Source: Polyangiaceae bacterium (GTDB lineage Bacteria > Myxococcota_A > Polyangia > Polyangiales > Polyangiaceae). Taken from it: 64,000 bases of DNA. The position numbers and the translations under genes are program-made. Below the pieces are notes generated by a model that had not been told where the DNA came from, did not search any database, and worked only from the letters and a program-made list of their open reading frames with translations. Shown here one piece after another: positions 28,139 to 36,949 of this stretch; positions within the stretch are counted from its first letter, which is position 1; each line of letters begins with the position of its first letter. Location: NCBI GenBank assembly GCA_044376115.1, contig JBILLK010000005.1:224001-288000 (forward strand). The letters run 5' to 3'.

Positions 28139-28154
28139 AGCAATCGTGATGCCA
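28139..28154 (-). promoter_or_regulatory. Sigma-54 (-24/-12) promoter for the 27069-28127 lipoprotein
   Basis: Minus strand reads TGGCATCACGATTGCT, close to consensus TGGCAC-N5-TTGCW with GG-N10-GC spacing. Confidence 0.7.
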
Positions 28155-28244
28155 GAGCTTATTCACGCTGAAAAGCCGAGGTGAGTGTACGGCGGCCGCG
28201 GGAACCGCGATCCACGGCTCCCAGCTGTGCCAAATCGTGCCCGG

Positions 28245-30164
28245 CTAGTGATCGAGCTCGGCGGCCTTTCCAACGAGCTCAGCCAGCTCCTTCCGGTAAC
28301 CGTCTGCGTCGTCACCAAGGGCCCCACTCACAACGCGTTGAACCTCCGCATAGCCGAAGTTACGGATGTAGGCTGACCCCCGTAGCAACATGCCAAACGC
28401 TGCTACCCCGGTGACGAAGCGAAAATCAGTCGACATTGAACCAAAGGGTGTATCCGCCCCTGTGATAGGACCGTCCACCTGGCGGCTCGTAACGCCGTCA
28501 GGATCCTTGAAGCGAATGGCGAGGTTGCCAAGGGCCTTGCCCTGGCTCGTCCGCGACGTGGGTTCAAGCTCGTAGAGCGCGGTGACGGTATGCCCAGCAC
28601 CAATCTCGCCGGCGTCCTTCTGATCGTTCGTGAAGTCCTGATGAGCAAGCATGCGGTTCTCGTAGCCAATCAAACGAAAAGAACGCACGAACTCTGGGTT
28701 CCACGTGACCTGAATCTTTACGTCCTTGGCAATCGTGATGAGAGTTCCTGAGGCTTCGCTGACAAGCACACGCTTCGCTTCAGCTGCTGAATCGAGGTAG
28801 GCGTAGTTGCCATTGCCTTTGTCGGCCAAGGTCTCCATCGTTTGGTCGCGATAGTTACCGCTGCCAAACCCAAGGACTGACAGAAAGACGCCCGTTTTTG
28901 CCTTGTCTTCGATCAGCTTCTGCAGCTCGGCAGGACTCGAAGCGCCAAGGTTGAAGTCCCCGTCGGTGGCCAGAATGACGCGGTTCGTTCCGCCCTCTAC
29001 GAACGACTGGGACGCTAGGTCATAGGCGGCGTTGATTCCTTGCGCACCGTTGGTGCCACCTCCTGCTTGCAGCGCCTCCAAGGCTGCCAGAATTGTCTTT
29101 CGATCACTGCCCTTGGTAGGTGGAAGCACCACGCCCGAGCTTCCTGCGTAGGTAACAATCGAGACTGAATCGCGCTCGTTGAGCTGGTCAACGAGCATCG
29201 AAAATCCTTGCTTCAGCAGCCCGATCTTGTCGGCACCATGCATTGATCCGGAGACGTCGATCAAGAACACGAGGTTCGATGGGGGCCTGCTCTTGGCTGC
29301 TATTTCGCGACCCTTGATTCCAATGCGAACCAGACGATGATTGGCTGCCCAGGGTGCCTCGCCGACCTCAGCTGAGACGGCGAACGCGGCATCGTCGGGG
29401 CTTGGATAGGAGTACTTAAAGTAGTTAATCATCTCTTCGATGCGCACCAGGCTTGCATCGGGACGCTGATTGGAATTCAGGAGCGACCGAACCATTGAGT
29501 AGCTGGCCGTGTCCACGTCGATCGAGAAGGTGGATTGACGGTCAACGGCAGTGGCGATGAAGCCATTCTCGGGCAATCGAACCGAACCAGGAATGCCGGG
29601 ACGCGGAAGGGCCGGCTCGGCTGCCACCGATGGCTTACTTGGTAGGCCCTTCGTGTTTTTGCCGTCAAACTGACTGCGGTCCGCTGCGTGGGCCGCTGCA
29701 GTCGCTGCGGGCGCGGCCTTGTACTTTGCGCTCGCTGCAGGCGCGGGCGCGACGTTCTTCACGTCGGCGATGTTGTCCTCGATGGAGCTCGCGTACTCGG
29801 ACCTCCTCATCGTCATCAGGCCGAAGGCCCCAGCTGCCACCATCAGTGCTGTGCCACCGGCGAGCAGGCCGCGCAGCTTTGTTGATGAGCGTGGTTGTGC
29901 CGGTAGGGCAATGACGTTTGACTGAGGCGGTGCCGGCTTCTCCCCCTCACTCGCCTGCTGAATGGCGGCGTGCTGCCCTTCCGTGAGCGCGGCGGGCGCC
30001 TCCCGCGCAAGCTCACTCTGCAGTAGACTGGCGGCGGCAGCAAAGGCTGCTGCCTCCTCGGCTGCAGCTGGGAATTGCGCCAGCTCTTGCTCAAAGAGCG
30101 CGCGCTCCTCGGGCGACATCTCGTTGAGCGAATAGGCTGTAAGGCGAGGGTCGTTGATATCCAT
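28245..30164 (-). CDS. YfbK-like von Willebrand A protein (VWA + DUF3520) with N-terminal anti-sigma-like segment and TM
   Basis: STFSIDVDTASY, RIEEMINYF, NLVFLIDVSGSM (MIDAS), NRVILATDGDFN, TIAKDVKIQV, RLIGYENR, DAGEIGAGHTVTALYE; ATG at 30164. Confidence 0.9.
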   Translation of the reverse strand: MDINDPRLTAYSLNEMSPEERALFEQELAQFPAAAEEAAAFAAAASLLQSELAREAPAALTEGQHAAIQQASEGEKPAPPQSNVIALPAQPRSSTKLRGLLAGGTALMVAAGAFGLMTMRRSEYASSIEDNIADVKNVAPAPAASAKYKAAPAATAAAHAADRSQFDGKNTKGLPSKPSVAAEPALPRPGIPGSVRLPENGFIATAVDRQSTFSIDVDTASYSMVRSLLNSNQRPDASLVRIEEMINYFKYSYPSPDDAAFAVSAEVGEAPWAANHRLVRIGIKGREIAAKSRPPSNLVFLIDVSGSMHGADKIGLLKQGFSMLVDQLNERDSVSIVTYAGSSGVVLPPTKGSDRKTILAALEALQAGGGTNGAQGINAAYDLASQSFVEGGTNRVILATDGDFNLGASSPAELQKLIEDKAKTGVFLSVLGFGSGNYRDQTMETLADKGNGNYAYLDSAAEAKRVLVSEASGTLITIAKDVKIQVTWNPEFVRSFRLIGYENRMLAHQDFTNDQKDAGEIGAGHTVTALYELEPTSRTSQGKALGNLAIRFKDPDGVTSRQVDGPITGADTPFGSMSTDFRFVTGVAAFGMLLRGSAYIRNFGYAEVQRVVSGALGDDADGYRKELAELVGKAAELDH

Positions 30165-30165
30165 G

Positions 30166-30723
30166 TTAGGCTCCCCCGCCGGGCAACGCGAGCCGTCGTT
30201 CGGCTTTGACGAATTTCTCCCGGACCGCGCGCAGCGCCTCGTGCAGGATGACCCCCACGTGACTGACGGAGAGGCCAGTGACGTCTGCGATCTCCTTGTA
30301 GCTGAGGCCACCGCCGAACTTGAGTGCGACGACCTCTCTCGACCGATCTGGAAGCCCTGCGATCAGCTTCGCGATGCTCTCTTCAGCCTGCTTCTTCTCG
30401 AGCGCGCCATGTGGGCCCGACTCCTCGCTTACCAGTCCCATCGTGTCCTCCACCTCGGTGTGCCGCCTCGTTTTTCGCTTTAGCGAGATGGCTCGGTTTC
30501 GACAGACGGTGAAAAGCCATTGGACCAAATGCGATTGGACCTCCTTGGAGTCGGCTCGGCAGAGCTCCAAGAAGGTCTCTTGGACGATGTCCTTAGCGTC
30601 ATCCGGCCCCACGATTGCCGTGGCGAACCGTAAGAGCGCCCGCTCATGGGCTTTCATGGCTTCCAGCACCCAGTTTCGGTTGGGGGCGTTCGACCCTAGC
30701 GTTGCGAATAGGATTGCGAGCAT
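30166..30723 (-). CDS. ECF-type sigma-70 factor
   Basis: AKDIVQETFL, WLFTVCRNRAI, LPDRSREVVALKF..LSYKEIA. Confidence 0.9.
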   Translation of the reverse strand: MLAILFATLGSNAPNRNWVLEAMKAHERALLRFATAIVGPDDAKDIVQETFLELCRADSKEVQSHLVQWLFTVCRNRAISLKRKTRRHTEVEDTMGLVSEESGPHGALEKKQAEESIAKLIAGLPDRSREVVALKFGGGLSYKEIADVTGLSVSHVGVILHEALRAVREKFVKAERRLALPGGGA

Positions 30724-30783
30724 AGGGCCGATTCCGTCGTCGCTGGGATGACGCGCTGGCGCGGCTTGCCTTAGGGATTATTT

Positions 30784-31986
30784 TTAAGTCAGGCGTTTTG
30801 CTTCTACCGAGATGACCAGGTCTTGGAGGGCGGCGATTTCTTGCAGCAACTCTGCCGGGGGATCCGAAGCGATGCGGATCGAAGCAACAGCGGCCTTCTG
30901 ACCTTGGAAGATCGTGTTCGACATATCGGCCACGTTGATCCCGTGGTTGCGGACGATGCCGAGGACCTGTGCGAGCACCCCTACCTTGTCGAAATGGCGC
31001 ACGACGAGCTCGCTGCGTGCAGGCGCGCGGACCTCGATATTGACGACGTTCGGCGGGCGACCAGTGGCCAAAAACTCGCGACAGATGCGTACGGCCTCCT
31101 CAGCGATTGCGTCTTGTGATTGATCGGTGCTGGCGCCGATGTGGTGAGTCCCAATAAAGCCAGGCATCTTAAGGATTTCAGCCCCGAACTCGCCTGTTCC
31201 CCCTGCCGGCTCGTCTGCAAAGACATCGAGCCCCACGCGTAACCCACGTTCCTTCATTGCTTTCACCAGTGCGGGTTCATCGTGAAGACCGCCGCGGCTG
31301 GTGTTGATGAAGGTCGCTCCGCGCTTCATTTTGGAGAAGAAGGCCTCCCCAAACATGCCTTTCGTTTCTTTGGTCTGCGCCAGATGCACGGAAACGATAT
31401 CGGCACGGTCAGCGAGCTCCTCCGGGGTTCGGCAGTAGCCAACCTTGAGATCATCGGCGCGCCATCCGGTGAGCGATCGGGACCAGGCTAGGACGTTCAT
31501 TTCAAAGGCCCGCGCGCGCTCAATCACTGCGCAGCCGATCGACCCGAGCCCGAGGACGCCCAACGTGCGACCCTTGAGCCCTGCGGCTTTGCTGTACTCC
31601 TTCTTGTTCCACTGGCCAGCCCGTAGCTCGGTAGTGTTTTCGACGATGCGACGGTCGAGCGCGAGGATCATCCCGAAGGTGAGTTCTGCAACCGCAACCG
31701 CGTTCTTTCCGGGACAGTTCGCCACGAAAATGCCGCGCTCACTTGCTGCGACGACGTCAATCGTGTCGTAGCCCGCACCGGCTCGTAGGATCATCGCGAG
31801 ACCAGCTCCGGCCGCGATCGTCTTTGCGTCGACCTTGGTCGAGCGAACAATGAGGATATTGGCCCCTTTGATCTTCTCCGGCAGCTCGGCCGCAGTGGCA
31901 TTGGGATCGTAGTGAACTTCGATGTCGAGCGCTCGGAGGTCGCTCAGGTAGTGTTCGGGAAACGCATCTGCAACGAGGACTCGCAT
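30784..31986 (-). CDS. D-isomer-specific 2-hydroxyacid dehydrogenase with C-terminal ACT domain (second SerA-like)
   Basis: VRSTKV, RAGAGYDTID, NAVAVAEL, GVLGLGSIG, NTSRG, HHIGAST, HFDKVGVLA ACT. Confidence 0.9.
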   Translation of the reverse strand: MRVLVADAFPEHYLSDLRALDIEVHYDPNATAAELPEKIKGANILIVRSTKVDAKTIAAGAGLAMILRAGAGYDTIDVVAASERGIFVANCPGKNAVAVAELTFGMILALDRRIVENTTELRAGQWNKKEYSKAAGLKGRTLGVLGLGSIGCAVIERARAFEMNVLAWSRSLTGWRADDLKVGYCRTPEELADRADIVSVHLAQTKETKGMFGEAFFSKMKRGATFINTSRGGLHDEPALVKAMKERGLRVGLDVFADEPAGGTGEFGAEILKMPGFIGTHHIGASTDQSQDAIAEEAVRICREFLATGRPPNVVNIEVRAPARSELVVRHFDKVGVLAQVLGIVRNHGINVADMSNTIFQGQKAAVASIRIASDPPAELLQEIAALQDLVISVEAKRLT

Positions 31987-32036
31987 GGCGGCATGTTCGC
32001 CGTTTTGCCGGAGTCAGTCGAGCGCAACCGCCACAA

Positions 32037-33983
32037 CTATTGTGGGACGTTCGAGCTGGTGAAGCCATTGGCCCGGAGGGCTGCTGCGGCTCGACGAATG
32101 CGAGCGGGGCCGCCTTCGCGGTTCGACTCCAGCAGCGTGAATTGGCGCAGGTAGTAGTGCCCGATGGCGTCGCGTTCGGCGTCTGCGAGCTGATAGCGCT
32201 TGGCCTCGGTCGCAATGGCAAGAACCACCTCCTCGGGTGAGCGCGCCGCTTCCCACATCCGCCACGACATTCGCGCGAATACGCGGTAGGCACTAAGAAA
32301 ACGTGAGACGGGTTGCGCGTCTTCCTCTGCGCCGAGCGGGTGGATCGCCGTCCAGGGCCTGGAGTTGTCGTGGGCGTGCGCGAGTTCCGCCATCACATCG
32401 AGCCAACTGTCCACGGGTAGCGCGTCCGTCACTTCTGCAGCTAGATCTCGTGAGGCCGGATTGATGAGTAGTGCAGCAAGAGGCAGAACCCGGCGGAAGT
32501 TGCCTCGATTGGCAGTGACAAAATGAAGCAGCGGGGTTGTTGAGCCGGGTAGGAAGATCAACGCCCAGACGCGGCCAAACGTGAGGTCGTCCATCTCCTG
32601 AAGCACCTCGAGTTGGTCCTGGGCCGAAAGCTGTGCGAGTTCGGCTAGCGCGAGCTCGCCGAGATGTCTCGCCTGTCCCTCGGCGTGAAGCGCCCGCTGG
32701 GAGACTGTGCGCTTACCAGCGAGACTGAACAAGAGGCCGGCGCGTCCGTACAGCCCCTTGAGGCAGGCGCTTTGGGCGAGTCGTCCGGCGAGTGTCGTCG
32801 GAGACTTCTCTGCCTCGACGGACTGAATCAGCGTTGCAAGCCGGTCCAAGGATGTACCCGACGGGAGGCGCACCAACTCGACATTGACGTCCCCTCCCTG
32901 GCCGGTGCGCACATGCGGGGGATCGATCCATGCCATATGCAGGTAAAAGGCACAGGGAACAGAGGCTCCAGCGCGCGCCGAAGATTCATCAGCGGCTTCA
33001 GCATTGGCGATTGCCCGCTCGGAGTAGAGCGGTAAGGCGCCCTCAAAGCGATCGTTGTTCGCAGGGTAGCCAGACGACAACGTCTGAGTGGCGGGAACCG
33101 ACTGTAGGCTGAATGGGCCGCCATCGAGGTTGGTAGGGCTGCTCGAGAGCTGGCTGCCGACATCGAAGTCGTCACGTGGAATTGGGTTCTGCTCGAGGTC
33201 GTGCGCCCGCGCGTAGACGTCAATGAGATCTGCTGCCGGGAAGTATGCGCCGGAGGGTGCAGATTCCTGGCCGCTAACCAGGTCCCGTACTTGAACGAGT
33301 CGACCCTCGGCAGTGAGATCCGCGAGCAGCGGAGCGAGGTGCGATACCCCAGCCGACTTCCCACCATAGTAACGTAGGAAGGCCCTCGAGCCGAGCCCTA
33401 CATCGTGAAGGGCTGCAACCAACAAGTGGCTCAGTGGCTCACACGATCCGCTGCGGTTCAGCAATACGTCGGACAGGCGGCCCCCGGGAACTCCAGTGTA
33501 AGCGAGGTCGGCAAATACCTTGGAGATGGCTGTCGCTGGATTGGTCGTGGCGAGCTCCGATTTCAGCCACGTCACACGTTCGATAAAGAGCCTCTTGGCT
33601 TGGTTTAGGTCGAAGGGGCTGCCTTCTTCTTCGGCGTCAATCGCGTTGGCCCGCAGCAAGAACTCACCAAGTGCCAGAGAATGACGCCGACGTGCAGCCC
33701 GGGCCTCGGCGACCAAGCGTCGGCGCGCCTCCTGATGGCGATGTTTTGCGAGCAGCTGCTTCGTTGCGGCGGCTGCGTCCTGTAGCCATTCGCGGGCTGG
33801 CTGCGGGGCTGGAGCGAGAGCAGGCTGATCGTCGCCTGAGGTGAGCAGCAAGGCCACGAGGCCGTGGGCCAGAAGAGCTCCTAGCCACGTGACGAGCGCG
33901 CGGATCAGCCGGAGCCGGCGTGCCGCCCACTCAGCAAAGAAGTTGGGGTCTTCAGTCGCGGACACGGGCCAGCCCAGAGACAC
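32037..33983 (-). CDS. Hypothetical membrane-anchored protein with transglutaminase-like/SirB1-like segment
   Basis: N-terminal TM; LSDVLLNRSGSCEPLSHLLVAALHDVG...SHLAP...RDL. Confidence 0.65.
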   Translation of the reverse strand: MSLGWPVSATEDPNFFAEWAARRLRLIRALVTWLGALLAHGLVALLLTSGDDQPALAPAPQPAREWLQDAAAATKQLLAKHRHQEARRRLVAEARAARRRHSLALGEFLLRANAIDAEEEGSPFDLNQAKRLFIERVTWLKSELATTNPATAISKVFADLAYTGVPGGRLSDVLLNRSGSCEPLSHLLVAALHDVGLGSRAFLRYYGGKSAGVSHLAPLLADLTAEGRLVQVRDLVSGQESAPSGAYFPAADLIDVYARAHDLEQNPIPRDDFDVGSQLSSSPTNLDGGPFSLQSVPATQTLSSGYPANNDRFEGALPLYSERAIANAEAADESSARAGASVPCAFYLHMAWIDPPHVRTGQGGDVNVELVRLPSGTSLDRLATLIQSVEAEKSPTTLAGRLAQSACLKGLYGRAGLLFSLAGKRTVSQRALHAEGQARHLGELALAELAQLSAQDQLEVLQEMDDLTFGRVWALIFLPGSTTPLLHFVTANRGNFRRVLPLAALLINPASRDLAAEVTDALPVDSWLDVMAELAHAHDNSRPWTAIHPLGAEEDAQPVSRFLSAYRVFARMSWRMWEAARSPEEVVLAIATEAKRYQLADAERDAIGHYYLRQFTLLESNREGGPARIRRAAAALRANGFTSSNVPQ

Positions 33984-34010
33984 CTGAGCGCTGCGTGAGT
34001 TCCTGCCTTG

Positions 34011-35336
34011 CTAAACAAAGATGCCGACGACATTTCCCATCAGACAGTTTGCCAGCGCGCCACCGATCATCGTTCGGAGCGCCATCTTCGATAAGTCGGG
34101 CATCCGACTTGGAGCCATTGCTCCGATGCCTCCTAACTGAATGCCGATGCTGGCAAAGTTGGCAAAGCCACATAGCGCGTAGCTAGCGATCAAAGCGCTT
34201 CGCTCGCTGAGCTGCGGCGACGCCCCGCTGGTCATCTCTCCCAGGTGGATATAGGCGACGAACTCGGTCAGCACGAGCTTCTCGCCCAACAGGCGACCAA
34301 CCAAGGGAGCCTCTGCCCAGGGAATACCCATTACGAAGGCTACAGGCGCGAACGCCCAGCCCAAGATGCGAGCCATGGATAGCGGTTCCCCTGCGACATT
34401 GGCAAAGGATAGTGCATAGTCGCACATGGCAACGAGCCCGACGAAGGCGAGCAACATCGCAATCACGTTGAGGAAGAGCTTCATACCCTCCGACGCTCCG
34501 TCAGCGGCTGCCTCGAGCACGTTGCCGTGAGCTTTTTCTACCTTGAACTCCAGCTTGCCCGAGGTCTCAGGGCTCTCCGTCTCGGGCTGCATGATCTTGG
34601 CGATCGCAATCGAGGCTGGAGCTCCCAGGATGCTCGCGGTGACAAGGTGCCCAGCGATGCCAGGAATGTTAGGAAGAAAACCGACATAAGCGGCCATCAC
34701 TCCGCCTGCGACGGTGGCAAATCCCCCGACCATGACGAGGAACAGTTCGCTCTTCGTCATCTTGACGATGAAGGGTTTGATCGTGAGTGGGGCCTCGGTT
34801 TGTCCCAGAAAGATATTGGCCGAAGTGCTGAGGGATTCCGCGCCGCTGATGCGTGCGGTTCTTTGCATCACCCAGGCAAGGCCGTAGACGACCCGTTGCA
34901 TGATGCCAAGGTGGTAGGCAACGCTCATCAGGCTCGAAAAGAAGATGATCGTCGGCAAGACCCAGAAAGCGAACGTCTTCGTTGGGGGCGAGACGCGACC
35001 AACGATGACATCCGTTTGCGACCCGTCGGGGTTCAAGACCTTGTGGGGCTCAATCGATTGAAAGACGAAGGTCGCGCCGGCTTCCGAGAATGAGAGGAGC
35101 CGACGGACGCCAGCGTCGATCCATACGAAGAAGAAGCTTTGAACGGAGGGGGTCAGCACCACCGCAGCCAAAAGCAGCTGCAAGCCGACTCCCCAGAGGA
35201 CCGGTCGCAAGGAGATACGCTTACGGTCCGAGCTCAACGCGAATGCGATGCCCAGAATGGCCAGGATGCCAAAGGCAGAGAGCAGCCTGTAGCCCACAGG
35301 TACCGGTGCATCCGCCGCGGAAGCGTACAATCCCAT
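34011..35336 (-). CDS. Concentrative nucleoside transporter (CNT/NupC family)
   Basis: LPTIIFFSSL, ANIFLGQTEAPL, GFATVAGG, KLVLTEFVAY, YALCGFANFASIGIQLGG; start uncertain. Confidence 0.93.
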   Translation of the reverse strand: MGLYASAADAPVPVGYRLLSAFGILAILGIAFALSSDRKRISLRPVLWGVGLQLLLAAVVLTPSVQSFFFVWIDAGVRRLLSFSEAGATFVFQSIEPHKVLNPDGSQTDVIVGRVSPPTKTFAFWVLPTIIFFSSLMSVAYHLGIMQRVVYGLAWVMQRTARISGAESLSTSANIFLGQTEAPLTIKPFIVKMTKSELFLVMVGGFATVAGGVMAAYVGFLPNIPGIAGHLVTASILGAPASIAIAKIMQPETESPETSGKLEFKVEKAHGNVLEAAADGASEGMKLFLNVIAMLLAFVGLVAMCDYALSFANVAGEPLSMARILGWAFAPVAFVMGIPWAEAPLVGRLLGEKLVLTEFVAYIHLGEMTSGASPQLSERSALIASYALCGFANFASIGIQLGGIGAMAPSRMPDLSKMALRTMIGGALANCLMGNVVGIFV

Positions 35337-35436
35337 GGGCTTAGTGGACCACGCGAGCGTCGGTCGGGCCAAAAGGGGAGCAGGTTCGGCATGGCTGCCG
35401 GTGACGCCCAGCGCCAGCTGTGCAACAGGATGCGAC

Positions 35437-36291
35437 GTGTCGGACGAGCTCACTCAGCGATTTGTGGACCTGGTGTGTCGAGAGTTGGGGGCCGCCGAGG
35501 TTGCGGTACTGGAGGGCGAGCTTCCAGAGGAACCACTTTCGCTCCGTGTCGCTCTTGCCGGTGGCAAACAAGTGGTCGCTCGTTTTGCCGCTGCAGAGGC
35601 GATCGGTTCGGCAAACTTGCGTCGCTTGGAGATCTTGGTGCGCGCCTTCGAGGAGGCGCTGATCGGTGAGCCCCAACGTCGTCCTCGCGCTCCGGTGGCA
35701 TCGTCGCTGCGGGAGGAGCTCCGCGCACTCGCCTCGCGAGCGAGCTCGCTGGGAGCGCTGGTGATCGATGCGCATTCCCCTGTGATTTGGGCGGCCACCT
35801 CGGAGCGCATCGAAGGCGCAATGGACGAGGAGCCGAACAACGTGTTTCCGTTTCCTCCGGAGGCTCGAGAGACTTTGAGGCTCGTTCGCGAGAGCCACCG
35901 CGGCGTGCTGATCGCGCTCGGCGTAGAACCGGAACCGGCGCCTGCCGTCGACCCAACGCTCGAGGAAGTTTCCCCGGCTAACGAGGAAGAGGACTCAGCC
36001 CTTCGAGATGCGGTGCGCAAAGTAAGGACGCTGCGCGAGCTGGCCCAATTGCATAAAGGGTCGCATCTGAACCACACCGAGCGCGGCGTTGATGGCGGCT
36101 ACATAGCGCGTAGTTTTGCCGGCATTTATTGCCTTGTTTTGGTGTTTGACCAGCCGTTTGACGAGATTCGCGCCGAGCGTGCCGTGAGAGACGCATTGCC
36201 GCGCATTGAACGACTGGTGTTGGCGTTGCCGCCGCTCGACCCCGAGCCGCTGCTGCGCGGTGCCGTCGCCAAGCGTCCACGTCGAGGTTGA
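35437..36291 (+). CDS. Hypothetical protein with roadblock/profilin-like elements
   Basis: GTG start at 35437; LRALASRASSLGALVIDAHSPVIW and YIARSFAGIYCLVLVF...ALPRIERLV. Confidence 0.65.
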   Translation: MSDELTQRFVDLVCRELGAAEVAVLEGELPEEPLSLRVALAGGKQVVARFAAAEAIGSANLRRLEILVRAFEEALIGEPQRRPRAPVASSLREELRALASRASSLGALVIDAHSPVIWAATSERIEGAMDEEPNNVFPFPPEARETLRLVRESHRGVLIALGVEPEPAPAVDPTLEEVSPANEEEDSALRDAVRKVRTLRELAQLHKGSHLNHTERGVDGGYIARSFAGIYCLVLVFDQPFDEIRAERAVRDALPRIERLVLALPPLDPEPLLRGAVAKRPRRG

Positions 36292-36292
36292 C

Positions 36293-36949
36293 GTGCTCAC
36301 GACCGTTCGTCGGGTTCTCGCTTCACCGCGTTTGCGCGCTGGATTCGTGGCCTTTCACGGCGCAGCGGTCGTTTTGCTGTCCCTGCCTACGGGCGCGGTC
36401 TCTGATGAGCGCTGGAAGTCGAAGGGGACCCAGGCTGACCTCGCCGAGTGGGGTAGCGGTTTGGGTGAAGGCAACGACTTCGCGTTGTGGTTTCAACGCG
36501 TGGCCAAGGGCTATGCGGACGTGCGCGGAGTGGTGGTGGCGCCGTTCAATCTGTATGCGGAGAGCACAGGCGCCCGACAAGGCTGGGCCATGTTCTCAAG
36601 TCCTCAACGCTACCCAGCAGAGGTTCATGTCGACGCCAAGATCGACGGTCAGTGGGTAGCGATCTACCGACCCCACGACGAAGCGACTGCGTTTGATTCA
36701 GCGTTCTTGACCCACCACCGCCTACGCAAATTCCAGGGTCGGTTTGCGCGCGAGTGGAAGGGAAAGCGCTTCCAAGAGTTTGCCGCGTTCTTGGCAAAAC
36801 GAGCACTTGCCGCTCATCCGAATGCAGAAGCGGTTCGAGTTCGACTCGAGCGAAAGCAGAGCCTGCCGCCCGAGGCCGTACGCATGGGGACCAAAGCCAA
36901 GGGTAGCTACGAGGTCACCCACGTCTTCGACCGCAAGCGACAGCCATGA
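36293..36949 (+). CDS. HTTM-partner membrane protein (DUF5819/SdpA-like)
   Basis: N-terminal TM with FH; GARQGWAMFS (Q-x-W-x-MF) motif; coupled to downstream HTTM gene. Confidence 0.6.
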   Translation: MLTTVRRVLASPRLRAGFVAFHGAAVVLLSLPTGAVSDERWKSKGTQADLAEWGSGLGEGNDFALWFQRVAKGYADVRGVVVAPFNLYAESTGARQGWAMFSSPQRYPAEVHVDAKIDGQWVAIYRPHDEATAFDSAFLTHHRLRKFQGRFAREWKGKRFQEFAAFLAKRALAAHPNAEAVRVRLERKQSLPPEAVRMGTKAKGSYEVTHVFDRKRQP

